Assembly (NCBI GenBank): GCA_046331705.1 | Contig: JAXLQJ010000005.1 | Location: 62,001 to 126,000 of the forward strand | DNA length: 64,000 nucleotides | Direction: 5' to 3' | From: a bacterium | GTDB lineage: Bacteria; JADJOY01 | Shown: in pieces, positions 38,985-54,262 of the stretch | How positions within the stretch are numbered: the first letter of the stretch is position 1 | How the letters are laid out: each line of letters opens with the position of its first letter | Made by a program: the position numbers and the translations under genes | The notes under the pieces: model-generated | Seen by the model: only the letters and a program-made list of their open reading frames with translations | Databases searched by the model: none | Told to the model about the DNA's origin: nothing

Positions 38985-39352
38985 GGCCGCGGGAATCTAT
39001 CCGCTCCCAGTGACGCCACCCTACCCCGCGTCCAGCGCGGCCGATCGCCGCGACGGAGGACGCCGCTCGCCGCCGTAGCGCGAGCCGGACTTGATCCAGC
39101 GCCTCGCATCACCGAGCCTAGCCCGCGTGCGCGGGGAACCGGTGACGTCCCGCCGATGCCGTGGGGCCACGGTTCCCTGGAGCGGTTCGTGCCGCGGCGC
39201 CTCGCGTCACCGGCGCCGAGGCGCACACCCGAGATTCGCCGCCGCCGCGCGCGCCCGGAGGTTGCCGCGCCTTCACCCGCCCCCCTCGAACCCCAGTGCG
39301 CGGGTCGCGTGTCGGCCACGTGACCCGCGCGCGAGCCCCTCGGAGCGATCGC

Positions 39353-40831
39353 ATGCGTTCCCAGCCGAAGATCTACGAGCTTCATGCCCCCGCATGGCTG
39401 CACCGACAGGCGCGCCGAATCGGCAGGCCGCTGACACTCGCCACCGTTCCCGACGAGGTGTGGAGCGAGCTCGCCGATCTCGGCTTCGGGCTGGTCTGGG
39501 TGATGGGCGTGTGGAAGCGCAGCCCCGCGTCGCGGGCGCTCGCGCTGACGTCACCCGCGCGCCAGCAGTGGCAGCAGATCGTTCCAGATCTCGGCGACGA
39601 CGACATCCTCGGCTCGCCGTATGCGATCCACGACTATTCGATCGCGCCGGGGCTGGGCGACGAGGGCGAGATCGCCAAGCTGCGCGCCCAGCTCAATCGC
39701 CTGGGCTTGCGGTTGGTGCTGGATTTCGTCCCCAATCACCTGGGGTGTGACCATCCGTGGGTGACGACCCACCCGTGGCGGTTGCTGCGCGGGAGCGATC
39801 GAGAGGTCGTGGAGCATCCCGATTGGTTCTTCGGCGGGCCAGGCGGAGCGCACTTCGCCCACGGCCGCGATCCGAACTTTCCGCCATGGCGAGACACCGT
39901 CCAGGTCGACTACACGAACGCCGACGCGCGCGCGGCGCTGGCGGGAGAGCTGGCGCGAATCGCGGAGCTCGCAGACGGCATCCGCATCGATCTGGCGATG
40001 CTCGGCCTCAATCGCGTGGTCGCCAGGACCTGGGGTGAGCTCTTGCCGGTCGGCGGACCCGCCCAGGCCGAGCTCTGGTCCGAGCTCGTCGCCCGAGCCC
40101 GGAAGCGCTGTCCGAGCACCCTGCTCATCGCGGAGGCGTATTGGGGGCTCGAGCCGGATCTGTTGGAGCTCGGTTTCGACTTCGCTTACGACAAGACGAT
40201 CTACGACCTGCTGCTCGCCGACCGTCTCGGCGCGCTGCGAGCGCACCTCGGCTCGGCGCGCTCGTGGTTGGCGCGCGGAGTTCATTTCGTGGAGAACCAC
40301 GACGAGGAGCGGGCGCAGGTTGCGTTCGGCAGGGAGCGGGCGCGCGCGGCGACGGTGGTGATGCTCACGTTGCCCGGAATGCCGATGATCCACGATGGCC
40401 AGCTGGAGGGCGCCGCGCTACGCGCCCCCATCCACCTCGCGCGAGCGGCCGCCGCGGACGAGCTGCCCGACGAGGGCCGGTTCCAGCGCGAGATGCTCGA
40501 GCTCACGCGCGCGGCGGCGTTCACGCGCGGCACCTGGTCGCTGCTGCATGCGGTCGAGGAGCCCCCGCGCGCCTCGAGCGAGTCCCCGATCCTCGCCTGG
40601 CGGTGGCGCGCCGACGAGGAGGTGGTCGCCGTCGCCGTCAACTGGTCCGCCGAGCCCGTCGCGGCGACGATCGAGCTCAGGCAAGACGACCTGCACGCGC
40701 CCGGCGAGCGCAACGTCATCGACCTCGCGACCCATGCACCCCGCGGCGCCATCGCCGAGATGGCCACCCTGCGCGTCGAGCTCGGCCCCTGGGAACACTG
40801 TATTCTGGCGCTTCCCACGTCCGGCGCGTGA
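39353..40831 (+). CDS. GH13 alpha-amylase family glycoside hydrolase
   Basis: GSPYA, LDFVPNH, RIDLAM, AEAYW, ENHDE. Confidence 0.9.
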   Translation: MRSQPKIYELHAPAWLHRQARRIGRPLTLATVPDEVWSELADLGFGLVWVMGVWKRSPASRALALTSPARQQWQQIVPDLGDDDILGSPYAIHDYSIAPGLGDEGEIAKLRAQLNRLGLRLVLDFVPNHLGCDHPWVTTHPWRLLRGSDREVVEHPDWFFGGPGGAHFAHGRDPNFPPWRDTVQVDYTNADARAALAGELARIAELADGIRIDLAMLGLNRVVARTWGELLPVGGPAQAELWSELVARARKRCPSTLLIAEAYWGLEPDLLELGFDFAYDKTIYDLLLADRLGALRAHLGSARSWLARGVHFVENHDEERAQVAFGRERARAATVVMLTLPGMPMIHDGQLEGAALRAPIHLARAAAADELPDEGRFQREMLELTRAAAFTRGTWSLLHAVEEPPRASSESPILAWRWRADEEVVAVAVNWSAEPVAATIELRQDDLHAPGERNVIDLATHAPRGAIAEMATLRVELGPWEHCILALPTSGA

Positions 40832-40890
40832 GGCGCCGCGCGCGCTCGCCGCACGACGCATCGGCCCTCGCGGTCGAGGAGAACGATCCC

Positions 40891-41505
40891 GTGATCACGC
40901 TCTACGACTACCTCTCGTCCGGAAACGGATACAAGGTCCGCTTGCTGCTGCACCAGCTCGGCATCCCGTTCACGCTGGTGCAGAAGGACATCGTCAAGGG
41001 GGAGACCCGGACTCCCGAGTTCCTCGCCATCAATCCCAACGGCCGTATCCCCGCCATCGATCTCGGCGACGGTCGCCGCCTCGCCGAGTCGAACGCGATC
41101 CTCTGGTACTTCGCCGACGGGACCGAGTTCCTTCCCTCGGACTCCTTCGAGCGCGCGCAGGTGCTGCAATGGATGTTCTTCGAGCAGTACAGCCACGAGC
41201 CGTACGTGGCGGTGGCGCGCGCTTGGCTCCACATCTTCGGGCTGGACGACAAGCGGCGGGCGCAGCTCCCCGAGAAGCTCGAGAAAGGTTACGCGGCGCT
41301 CGACGTCATGGAGCGCCATCTCGAGGGCAGGAGCTATTTCGTGGGGGAGCGCTACTCGATCGCGGACGTCGCGCTCTACGCGTACACGCACGTCGCCCAC
41401 GAGGGCAGCTTCGACCTCGCGCGCTACCCGCGCGTCCGCGGCTGGCTAGCGCGCGTCGCCGCCGTGCCGCGGCACGTCCCGATCACGAAAGCGGACTTCG
41501 GCTGA
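40891..41505 (+). CDS. Glutathione S-transferase family protein
   Basis: SGNGYKVR, NPNGRIP, ESNAIL, FEQYSHEP, SIAD; GAGGAG RBS. Confidence 0.93.
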   Translation: MITLYDYLSSGNGYKVRLLLHQLGIPFTLVQKDIVKGETRTPEFLAINPNGRIPAIDLGDGRRLAESNAILWYFADGTEFLPSDSFERAQVLQWMFFEQYSHEPYVAVARAWLHIFGLDDKRRAQLPEKLEKGYAALDVMERHLEGRSYFVGERYSIADVALYAYTHVAHEGSFDLARYPRVRGWLARVAAVPRHVPITKADFG

Positions 41506-41545
41506 CGGCGGCTCGATCAGCCGGCCGCCCTCACCAGAGCGGCCC

Positions 41546-41857
41546 TCACCACAGAGGCCAGGTGCGCCCCACGTAATCGGTGAAGATGAAGCCGAAGAGC
41601 ACCAGCAGAAACGCGATCGCCATCGGCACCAACGCCTTGACCAACGGCATCTCGTACTTCACGTGCATGAAGAAGAGCACCACGAGGGTCGCCTTGACGA
41701 TCGCGATGAGCATGGCGATCGGCAGACCGAGCGAACCGAAATCGTGGTAGGCGGCCCCGACGGTGATGGCGGTTCCGAGCAGCAACGCGCCGAAGATCGC
41801 AAAATAGGTACTGAGCGATCCGACGTGACCGCCAGCGTGTTCGTCGTCGTGCGACAT
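41546..41857 (-). CDS. ctaF: caa3-type cytochrome c oxidase subunit IV
   Basis: 3 TMs, IAIVKATLVVLFFMHVKY. Confidence 0.88.
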   Translation of the reverse strand: MSHDDEHAGGHVGSLSTYFAIFGALLLGTAITVGAAYHDFGSLGLPIAMLIAIVKATLVVLFFMHVKYEMPLVKALVPMAIAFLLVLFGFIFTDYVGRTWPLW

Positions 41858-41886
41858 GGCATGCGCCTCGGGCACGGCCCTGCTCG

Positions 41887-42552
41887 TCAGTGCCGGTGGA
41901 CGAGATAGAGCAAGGGGAAGAGGAAGATCCACACGATGTCCACGAAGTGCCAGTAGAGGCCCACGTTCTCGACGGGCGTGTTGTATTCCGCGTCGTAGGC
42001 ACCCTTCATCGCGTTCTTGAGCAGCCAGAAGAGCAGCCCGATCCCGATCACCATGTGGAACGCGTGCATCCCGGTCATCGCGAAGTAGATCGCGAAGAAG
42101 ATGCGTGCGTGCGGCGCCTCGGGGCCGTGGAACTGGAAGTGCGGGCCGGGGATCAGGTGCTCGACCCACTTGTGGTGGTACTCGAAGCCCTTGATCACGA
42201 GGAACATCGAGCCGAGCACGATCGTGCCCAGCAACGCCAGCACTTGCCCACGCCGATTGCTGGTCTGAGCACCGTGGACCGCCATCGCCATGGTCAACGA
42301 GCTCATGATCAGCACGGCCGTGTTGATCCCGCCGAGCAGGACGTTGAGCTCACGGCTCGCCTCCGCCCAAGCCTCCGGGAAGCGGAACCGATACACGGCG
42401 TAGGTCACGAACAACCCACCGAAGAACAGCACTTCCTGCACCAGGAAGAACCACATGCCGAGCGTCGCAGCCTCTCGCTGCTGACGCGCGTTCGCGAACT
42501 GGTGGGCGACTGGATGCCCGCCCGGCGCGTGAGTCGTCATCGCGTCAGCCAA
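41887..42552 (-). CDS. ctaE: Cytochrome c oxidase subunit III
   Basis: [28 protein letters not shown]. Confidence 0.95.
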   Translation of the reverse strand: MADAMTTHAPGGHPVAHQFANARQQREAATLGMWFFLVQEVLFFGGLFVTYAVYRFRFPEAWAEASRELNVLLGGINTAVLIMSSLTMAMAVHGAQTSNRRGQVLALLGTIVLGSMFLVIKGFEYHHKWVEHLIPGPHFQFHGPEAPHARIFFAIYFAMTGMHAFHMVIGIGLLFWLLKNAMKGAYDAEYNTPVENVGLYWHFVDIVWIFLFPLLYLVHRH

Positions 42553-44185
42553 CGGACACCTCCGGCTCGGGCGCGCTCGTGTAATCGTACGCTTCCCACG
42601 TGACGGTCGGGGTGACCGCGAAGTTCTCCGTCGGCGGCGGCGACGGGGTGCGCCACTCGAGCCCAGTCGCCCCGTACGGATTCTCCGGCGCGTCCTTGCC
42701 GTAGCGCATCGACCAGATCAGGTAGATCAGCGGCAGCAGGTAGCCGAGGCCGAGGATCGACGCGCCCGCCGTCGAGAGCACGTTGAGCACCTGGAACTCC
42801 GGCGGATAGGACCAATACCGCCGCGGCATGCCCATGTAGCCGAGGATGAACTGCGGGAAGAACGTGAGGTTGAAGCCCACGAACACCAGCGAGGCCGAGA
42901 TCTTGCCCCAGAATTCCGGGTAGAGCTTGCCGCTGATCTTCGGCCACCAGAAATGGAGGCCGCCCATGTACGCCATGATCGTGCCGCCCACCATGACGTA
43001 GTGGAAGTGCGCGACGACGAAGTAGGTGTCGTGGACGTGCACGTCGAGGCCCATGGTCCCGAGGAACACGCCGGTGAGCCCACCGATCACGAACAGCCCG
43101 ATGAATCCGAGCGCGTAGAGCATCGGCGTCTCGAACGAGACGGATCCCTTGTAGAGCGTCGCCGTCCAATTGAAGACCTTCACGGCCGAGGGCACCGCCA
43201 CGAGCATCGTCAGCGCCGAGAACACGAGCCCGGCGTAAACCGACTGGCCGGCCACGAACATGTGGTGACCCCAGACCAAGAAGCCGATCAAGGCGATCGC
43301 GAGGCTGGAGAAAGCGACGAACTCGTACCCGAACACGCGCTTCCGGGAGAACGTCGAGATGAGCTCGCTGATCACGCCCATCGCGGGGAGAATCATGATG
43401 TAGACGGCCGGGTGCGAGTAGAACCAGAAGAGGTGCTGGAAGAGCACCGGGTCACCGCCCAGCGAGGCGTCGAAGATCCCGAGGTGGAAGATGCGCTCCA
43501 GCGCGAGCAGCACCACGGTGATCGCCACCACCGGCGTGCCGAGCATGATGACCAGCGACGTCGCGTAATGAGCCCAGATGAAAAGCGGCAAACGGAACCA
43601 CGTCAGGCCGGGCGCTCGCATCCGGTGAATGGTCACCAGGAAGTTGAGGCCGGTCAGAATCGACGAGAATCCGATGACGAACACGCCCAAGCCAACCGGG
43701 ATGACGTTGGACGTCGACCACTGGGTGCTGTACGGAACGTAGAACGTCCACCCCGTGTCGATGCCGCCAGTCGCGATGCCATAGAGCGTGAGCGCGATGC
43801 CGATGTTGTAGACGTACCAGCTCGCGAGGTTGATCCGCGGAAACGCGAGGTCCTTGGCACCGATCATCAGCGGCACCAGGAAGTTCCCCAGCACCGCGGG
43901 AATGGCGGGAATGAGGAAGAAGAACACCATCATCACGCCGTGCATCGTGAAGACCTTGTTGTAGGTCTCCGCTTCCATCAGATCGCCGGCGGGCGTGAGA
44001 AGCTCGAGCCGCACCAGCCCGGCAAAGACCGCCCCCAAGAGGAAAGCTGCCGTCACCGAGCACAGATAGAGAACCGCGATGCGCTTGTGATCGATCGTCA
44101 GCAGCCACGACCGAATGCCGTAGCTGACGTTGATGTAGTCCTGCGGTTCGTCGTGCAGGTCCGTTTCCGATGCCACGGTGCTCAT
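42545..44185 (-). CDS. ctaD: Cytochrome c oxidase subunit I (A2 type)
   Basis: [19 protein letters not shown] (YS motif), WGHH, HFHY. Confidence 0.97.
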   Translation of the reverse strand: MSTVASETDLHDEPQDYINVSYGIRSWLLTIDHKRIAVLYLCSVTAAFLLGAVFAGLVRLELLTPAGDLMEAETYNKVFTMHGVMMVFFFLIPAIPAVLGNFLVPLMIGAKDLAFPRINLASWYVYNIGIALTLYGIATGGIDTGWTFYVPYSTQWSTSNVIPVGLGVFVIGFSSILTGLNFLVTIHRMRAPGLTWFRLPLFIWAHYATSLVIMLGTPVVAITVVLLALERIFHLGIFDASLGGDPVLFQHLFWFYSHPAVYIMILPAMGVISELISTFSRKRVFGYEFVAFSSLAIALIGFLVWGHHMFVAGQSVYAGLVFSALTMLVAVPSAVKVFNWTATLYKGSVSFETPMLYALGFIGLFVIGGLTGVFLGTMGLDVHVHDTYFVVAHFHYVMVGGTIMAYMGGLHFWWPKISGKLYPEFWGKISASLVFVGFNLTFFPQFILGYMGMPRRYWSYPPEFQVLNVLSTAGASILGLGYLLPLIYLIWSMRYGKDAPENPYGATGLEWRTPSPPPTENFAVTPTVTWEAYDYTSAPEPEVSVG

Positions 44186-45186
44186 GGCGCAGCTCCTGCC
44201 GCCGTCGCCGGGGCGTCGACGCCAGCCTCCGGCGCCTTCAGCGACTTCACGTACTCGATCAGTGCCAAGAGCTGTTCCTCGTCCACTTGGCCCTTGAAGG
44301 TGGGCATGACCGGATTGAAACCATCGACGACGTCCGCGAGCGGCTCGAGGATCGAGCGGCGGACGTACGCCTCGTCGGCGATGACCGTGTCACCGCTCTT
44401 CAACTTCACCGGGTGCCCGAACACGCCCTGCAGATTCGGACCGAGCGCCGGCGGCTCGCCGGGGCCAGGCTTCCGGTGGCAGCTCACGCACGCGAACTTC
44501 GTGAACAGCGCTGCACCCGCGGCAACCGGTGAGACCTGTGCCTGGCCGGGCGCGGCACCACCGCCCGAGAGCCAGCGCTGGAAGTCCTCCGGCTGCATCA
44601 CCTCGATCCAACCGCCCATCTTCGAGTGCTCGGTTCCGCAATATTCCGCGCAGAACAGGTGATAGCGTCCCGGCTTGATCGCGCGGAACCAGAGCGTCGT
44701 GTAGCGCCCGGGCAGCACGTCCGTCTTCACGCGGAACGCGGGCACGTAGAAGCTGTGGATCACGTCTTCCGAGGTCATGCGGAGCTTCACGGCGCGCCCG
44801 AGCGGGACGTGCAGCTCGTTGATCTCGCGCTTGCCGTTCGAATGCTGCAGCTTCCACATCCAGCGCTTGCCCACGACGTCCACGTTCATGCTGTCGTTCG
44901 GCGGGCGATAGATGTGGAAGAAGACCACGGCGCCCCAGCCGAACAACACCAGCGCGATGATGAACGGCGCCACCGTCCAACCGATCTCGAGCGGCGTGGA
45001 ACCGTGCAACGGCTCCGGCGTGATATTGTCCGGGCGGCGCCGGTACTTGACCGCGAGCACCGGCACGAGCACGAAGATGAGCACGCCGAAGAAGAGCGCG
45101 ATCGCGAGCCAGAAATAGAAGAGCGCGTCGACTCGCAGCGCAACCGACGAGGCTGCTTCGGGAAACAACGGGACGTTAGACCCCAT
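44182..45186 (-). CDS. ctaC: Cytochrome c oxidase subunit II with fused cytochrome c (caa3)
   Basis: [17 protein letters not shown] CuA site, CVSCH heme c. Confidence 0.96.
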   Translation of the reverse strand: MGSNVPLFPEAASSVALRVDALFYFWLAIALFFGVLIFVLVPVLAVKYRRRPDNITPEPLHGSTPLEIGWTVAPFIIALVLFGWGAVVFFHIYRPPNDSMNVDVVGKRWMWKLQHSNGKREINELHVPLGRAVKLRMTSEDVIHSFYVPAFRVKTDVLPGRYTTLWFRAIKPGRYHLFCAEYCGTEHSKMGGWIEVMQPEDFQRWLSGGGAAPGQAQVSPVAAGAALFTKFACVSCHRKPGPGEPPALGPNLQGVFGHPVKLKSGDTVIADEAYVRRSILEPLADVVDGFNPVMPTFKGQVDEEQLLALIEYVKSLKAPEAGVDAPATAAGAAP

Positions 45187-46030
45187 GGGTCACCTCCCGT
45201 GACGTCGAGTGGACCGTGCGACCGGCGCCGCCACGGTTGCCGAGCACCACGAACGCCACGAGGCCGATCACCGTGACCGCGCCGCCAGCGCGCACGAGGT
45301 TCAGCGCGGCGATCCCGTATTTCGCCTCGGCGGGGTCATAGTGGAAGCAGAACAACAAGACGCGATCGACTAGCGTGCCGATCTTTCCTTGCGACGACTC
45401 GACCAGTGCGAGCTTGAGATCGCGCGGCGCGAATTCCACCCCGAAGAAGTAGCGCGACGCGCGCCCGTCGGGGGTGAGCACCACGACCCCGGCCGCGTGC
45501 GCGAACTGCTGCGTGGCCTCGTCGTAGCGATAGTGGAAGCCGACACTCTCGGTGAGCGCGCGAATCGAGTCAGGGGTGCCGGTGAGGAAGCGCCAGCCTT
45601 CGGCGGCCTCCGGGCGTCCGTAGCTCTTCAGATACTCGGCCTTCTTCTGCGCCGCGAGCTCGGGGCCCTCTGCCGGATTGAAGCTAACCGTGACGATGTC
45701 GAAGTCGTTGCCGACCGCAAGGCCGAGGGGCTTGAGCGCGGAGACCAAGCCGTTGAGCTCCACGGTGCAGAGCATCGGGCACTCGAAGTAGTTGAGCGTG
45801 AGAATCACCGGCCGGCCGCGCAGGAAGTCCCGCAACGGACGAACCGTGCCGAGCTCATCGGCGAAGCGAGCGTCGAGCGGCAGCTGCGCGCCGAGCTGCT
45901 GCTCGAAGGTGACTCCCTCGAGCGTCTTGGGCAGATGGCTCGCGACCGGATCGCTGGCCGTGGCCGCGGACGCAGCGCTCGCCAGCGCCGCGACCAGCCA
46001 CGGCGCGATCCAGGAAAAACGCGTCCTCAT
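45176..46030 (-). CDS. SCO family protein
   Basis: YFECPMLC, FAHAAG, C-terminal FCFHYDP plus TM. Confidence 0.9.
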   Translation of the reverse strand: MRTRFSWIAPWLVAALASAASAATASDPVASHLPKTLEGVTFEQQLGAQLPLDARFADELGTVRPLRDFLRGRPVILTLNYFECPMLCTVELNGLVSALKPLGLAVGNDFDIVTVSFNPAEGPELAAQKKAEYLKSYGRPEAAEGWRFLTGTPDSIRALTESVGFHYRYDEATQQFAHAAGVVVLTPDGRASRYFFGVEFAPRDLKLALVESSQGKIGTLVDRVLLFCFHYDPAEAKYGIAALNLVRAGGAVTVIGLVAFVVLGNRGGAGRTVHSTSREVTHGV

Positions 46031-46521
46031 TCGTGTCCTGCCTTCGGCTCCGCCGGGGCCACCGTGGCGCGCGAATCGGACCCGCCCGCACCATCCGAGC
46101 CGCGGTTCGTGGCCGCGAAGCGCTGATAGGGCTGAGCACCCTGCCGCACGGGAAGACCCTCGGAGGCAACGACCTCGATCGCGCGATCGATCGGAATGCG
46201 CACCACGCCACCGGACTTGTCGATCCACTCGTACGTGCCGAGGCGCTCGCGCTCGTGCGCCCGAAGCTCGGCCAGCGTCTCGCCGATCTTCGGCTCCAGC
46301 CGCGGCGCGGGCACCACCTCGGGCACCTCGCTGCGCGTGACGGAAACCGGCTCCGGCTGTCGGGCCTGCTCCCGATCGTGGAAGTACACGAACAACAATC
46401 GAACGGGAATCATGACGACGAAACCCGCGACGAGAATCGCGCCGGTGATGATCACCACCGGGCGAACGGATACGTCGCGCTTCTCGTACGACGTGGCGCC
46501 CGCGTGCTCAGTGCCCGCCAT
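46027..46521 (-). CDS. actG: Alternative complex III subunit ActG-like
   Basis: One TM, PAPRL, YEWID...VRIPIDRA; lies between actF and SCO. Confidence 0.7.
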   Translation of the reverse strand: MAGTEHAGATSYEKRDVSVRPVVIITGAILVAGFVVMIPVRLLFVYFHDREQARQPEPVSVTRSEVPEVVPAPRLEPKIGETLAELRAHERERLGTYEWIDKSGGVVRIPIDRAIEVVASEGLPVRQGAQPYQRFAATNRGSDGAGGSDSRATVAPAEPKAGHE

Positions 46522-47704
46522 GCTGAAGCGCCTCCTCGAGGCCCGAAGCACCCACCATCAGCAGAGGGCGTGCTGCGAGCTGCCGCAGATACTCGGAAAG
46601 CCACCAGCCGCCGATCGCTACCGGCGCCACGAAGTCCATCCAGTGGATCGAGAGCTTCTGCGGGTGAAACGCCGGGGCCGTCATCCAGAACAGGTCGACC
46701 AGCCGCATGAACAGGATCAACCCGGCGACCTTGAGCACCAGCGCCGCGTTGAAGTTGAAGCTTCGAGGCAAGAGCAGCAGGAACGGCACCAGGAACTGAA
46801 AGACCACCAGCGCGATGCCGAACCATTGCCACCCGCCGTGCAAGCGCGCCACGTACCAGGTGATCTCTTCCGGGAGATTGCCGCTCCAGATGATCAGATA
46901 TTGCGAGAACGCGAAGTAGGCCCAGACCATGACGAACGCGAACAACAGCTTCGCCAAGTCGTGGAAGTGCGCCCGATTCACCAGCTCCGCCATCGGCCCG
47001 CTGCGCGTCAGGAAGAACAAGATCGCGATCACGAACGATTGCGTCGACAGCGCCTGGCTGGCCAACCACAGCAAACCGAAGATCGTCGAGAACCAGTGCG
47101 GCTCCAGCGACATCACCCAGTCGACGGCCGCGAAGGCGATCGAAAGGACGTACAGCGCGAGCCCCGGGCCCGCGAACATCTTGATCTTCTTCTCGATCGC
47201 GTAGTCACGCGTCCGGTCGAGCTCCGCCGACCAACGGTTCAGATTTGCCGCCAGGAAGAGCCAGAGCCCGAAGTAGAGGGCGGCTCTCACCAGGAAGAAC
47301 GTGACGTTCAGGTAGCCGGCCTTGGCGCGGAGAACCTCGTCGGCGGCAGCCTCCGGCCCGGCCCAGACGTAAAGAGCCTTGACGCCGACGAAGATCGGCA
47401 GGCCCAGGATGGCGAGCAGCCAGATCGTGCGAGTCCCGGCCTCGAGCAACCGGCGAATCATCATCCCCCACGCTCCGCCAGTCAGATACTGGAGCATGAG
47501 GATGGCGAGACACCCGATCCCGAGCCCGACCCAGAACACCCAGCCGAGCAGCCATGAGCGCAGGAACTGCTCGCGGTTCAGGAAGAATCCCACGGCCATC
47601 AACGCGGTCGCCACGGCACCGACGATGAGCGACAGCCGACGCTTGGCCGCCCACGCTTCCGGCGCGCGGATCTCGCCCAGACGTGCCAACTCGCTCGGGC
47701 TCAT
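46508..47704 (-). CDS. actF: Alternative complex III subunit F
   Basis: 10 TMs, DWVMSLEPHWFSTIFG, HDLAKLL, SQYLIIWSGNLPEE. Confidence 0.9.
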   Translation of the reverse strand: MSPSELARLGEIRAPEAWAAKRRLSLIVGAVATALMAVGFFLNREQFLRSWLLGWVFWVGLGIGCLAILMLQYLTGGAWGMMIRRLLEAGTRTIWLLAILGLPIFVGVKALYVWAGPEAAADEVLRAKAGYLNVTFFLVRAALYFGLWLFLAANLNRWSAELDRTRDYAIEKKIKMFAGPGLALYVLSIAFAAVDWVMSLEPHWFSTIFGLLWLASQALSTQSFVIAILFFLTRSGPMAELVNRAHFHDLAKLLFAFVMVWAYFAFSQYLIIWSGNLPEEITWYVARLHGGWQWFGIALVVFQFLVPFLLLLPRSFNFNAALVLKVAGLILFMRLVDLFWMTAPAFHPQKLSIHWMDFVAPVAIGGWWLSEYLRQLAARPLLMVGASGLEEALQHGGH

Positions 47705-48316
47705 GGGTGCTCCCCGTGCGTCGCCGCCCCACTCCCAGCAGCCGCGGCCTTGGGCGCCTCGAGCAGCGCGGTTCGCTCGGACGCCGGGACGTCATCGACC
47801 TTGGCATTCTGGCTGCGCTGAAGTGCCTTGAGATACGCCACGATCGCCCAGCGATCCTGAACCGGGATCTGCGGCCCGTAAGCCGGCATCCGACCGAAGC
47901 CGTGACTGATGACGTCGAACACGTAACCCGGGCGCGCTTCACGCAGCCGCGCGGTGTGAAAGGACGGCGGCTGCGCATAACCGCGCTGCACGACCACGCC
48001 CTTGCCCTCGCCGACGCGGTCGTGGCAGGGCGAGCAATAGATGTCGAACCGCTCGTGGCCGCGCGTGAGCATTTCGCGGGTGACTCCGATCGGGAACTCC
48101 TCCACGAGCTGGCCGCCGCTCTTGCCGGTGTAGAGCGCCTCGTCCTCGTTCAGGTCGCCGCGGGCGACGGCGCCCTCCACGAGCGAACGGCTCGACTGCC
48201 CGTCGGCGAAGAAGTTGCTCGGCGTCAATGGCCGCGGCGCAGGCTGGTCCGCCATCCGCTGCCGGCAGCCGACGACGAGGGCCAGCGTCACCAGCAGCGC
48301 GGCGCGCGCTCGGGGG

Positions 48317-48333
<17 letters not shown>
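47701..48333 (-). CDS. actE: Alternative complex III monoheme cytochrome c lipoprotein
   Basis: Lipobox VVGC, MADQP, CSPCH, MPAY, DRWAIVAY. Confidence 0.9.
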
Positions 48334-50270
<1,937 letters not shown>

Positions 50271-50300
50271 CTCGCGTGCTCACTCGGCGGCGTGCGCCCG

Positions 50301-53317
<3,017 letters not shown>

Positions 53318-53321
<4 letters not shown>

Positions 53322-53968
53322 CGGTGACACGTCGAGCAGTCGGTTCGGGTATGGACTTGGTTCTGCTTCATCAACTCTTGCCCGCGCGCCTCCGGATCCT
53401 CCGGCGGCTCGGCATCCATGCGGAAGACGGCGTCCGCTGGACTCAGATACTTGGCGGGGTCACGGTGGCAACCGAGACACCATTCCATGTAGAGCGAGTT
53501 GGACTTCCAGGTGAGCGCCATGCGGTCGACGCGCCCGTGACACGTCACACACGCGACGCCCTTGGCAACGTGGACGTTGTGCGGGAAGTAGACGAAGTCA
53601 GCGAGATCGTGGACCCGCACCCACTCGAGCGGCTGGCCGGTCTTCCAGCTCTGCCGCACAGGCTCCAGAACCGGCGCCTCGGTCCAGATCTGCGAGTGAC
53701 AATTCATGCAGGTCTGGGTGGGCGGGATTCCGGCGAAGGAGGACTCTTCGACAGAGGTGTGACAGTACCGGCAGTCCAAACCCACGCCTTGCACGTGGTG
53801 CTGATGGCTGAACGGAACGGTCTGGTGACGCGGGATGTTCACGCCGGTGACGTACGACGAGCGCTGAAACGCATAGCCGAGCGCGAAGATACCCACAGCA
53901 ACCAACCCCGCACCGAAGATCGATGCGCGGGCGAGAGTGTTGGTGCTCCGGTGAAAAATCTGGGCCAT
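53318..53968 (-). CDS. actA: Alternative complex III pentaheme cytochrome c
   Basis: One TM, five CxxCH motifs (CRYCH, CMNCH, CVTCH, CLGCH, CSTCH). Confidence 0.95.
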
Positions 53969-54048
53969 CGGTCCCTTGGGCACTCGTCGAACGCTTCAAG
54001 CGCCGACAACCACTTGAATTTACTGATGAATTAACAAGATGCGCGTGG

Positions 54049-54067
54049 AATGTATACAGTATACATT
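54049..54067. promoter_or_regulatory. Perfect palindromic operator AATGTATAC-A-GTATACATT over the -10 box
   Basis: 9-1-9 inverted repeat read directly from the sequence. Confidence 0.7.
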
Positions 54068-54086
54068 GCGTGCGACCTTGAATCAA
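54058..54086 (-). promoter_or_regulatory. Sigma-70 promoter of the act-cta operon, TTGATT-N17-TATACT
   Basis: Canonical spacing in the most AT-rich patch of the window. Confidence 0.7.
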
Positions 54087-54120
54087 CCCCGCGACTGTCT
54101 CGAATTTCGAGCGCCGACAC

Positions 54121-54136
54121 CGTGACGCAGATCACG
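54121..54136. promoter_or_regulatory. CRP/FNR-family-like site CGTGA-N6-TCACG
   Basis: GTGA-N6-TCAC palindrome upstream of the -35 box. Confidence 0.55.
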
Positions 54137-54262
54137 TTGTTTCCGCACCGTCACGGGCGTCTATCGCCAAGCAACGCAGTGTGTCAAGCGCACGTCGGGC
54201 ACGGCATCGCGGCGCACTGCCGCGCACGGATTTCCGAGGTTGTCACGTCGCGGACGCCGCCG

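Noticed and set aside
41526-41552. Short direct repeat GCCCTCACCA between convergent GST and ctaF ends
   Set aside because: Two copies only, partly coding; not a CRISPR array or insertion signature
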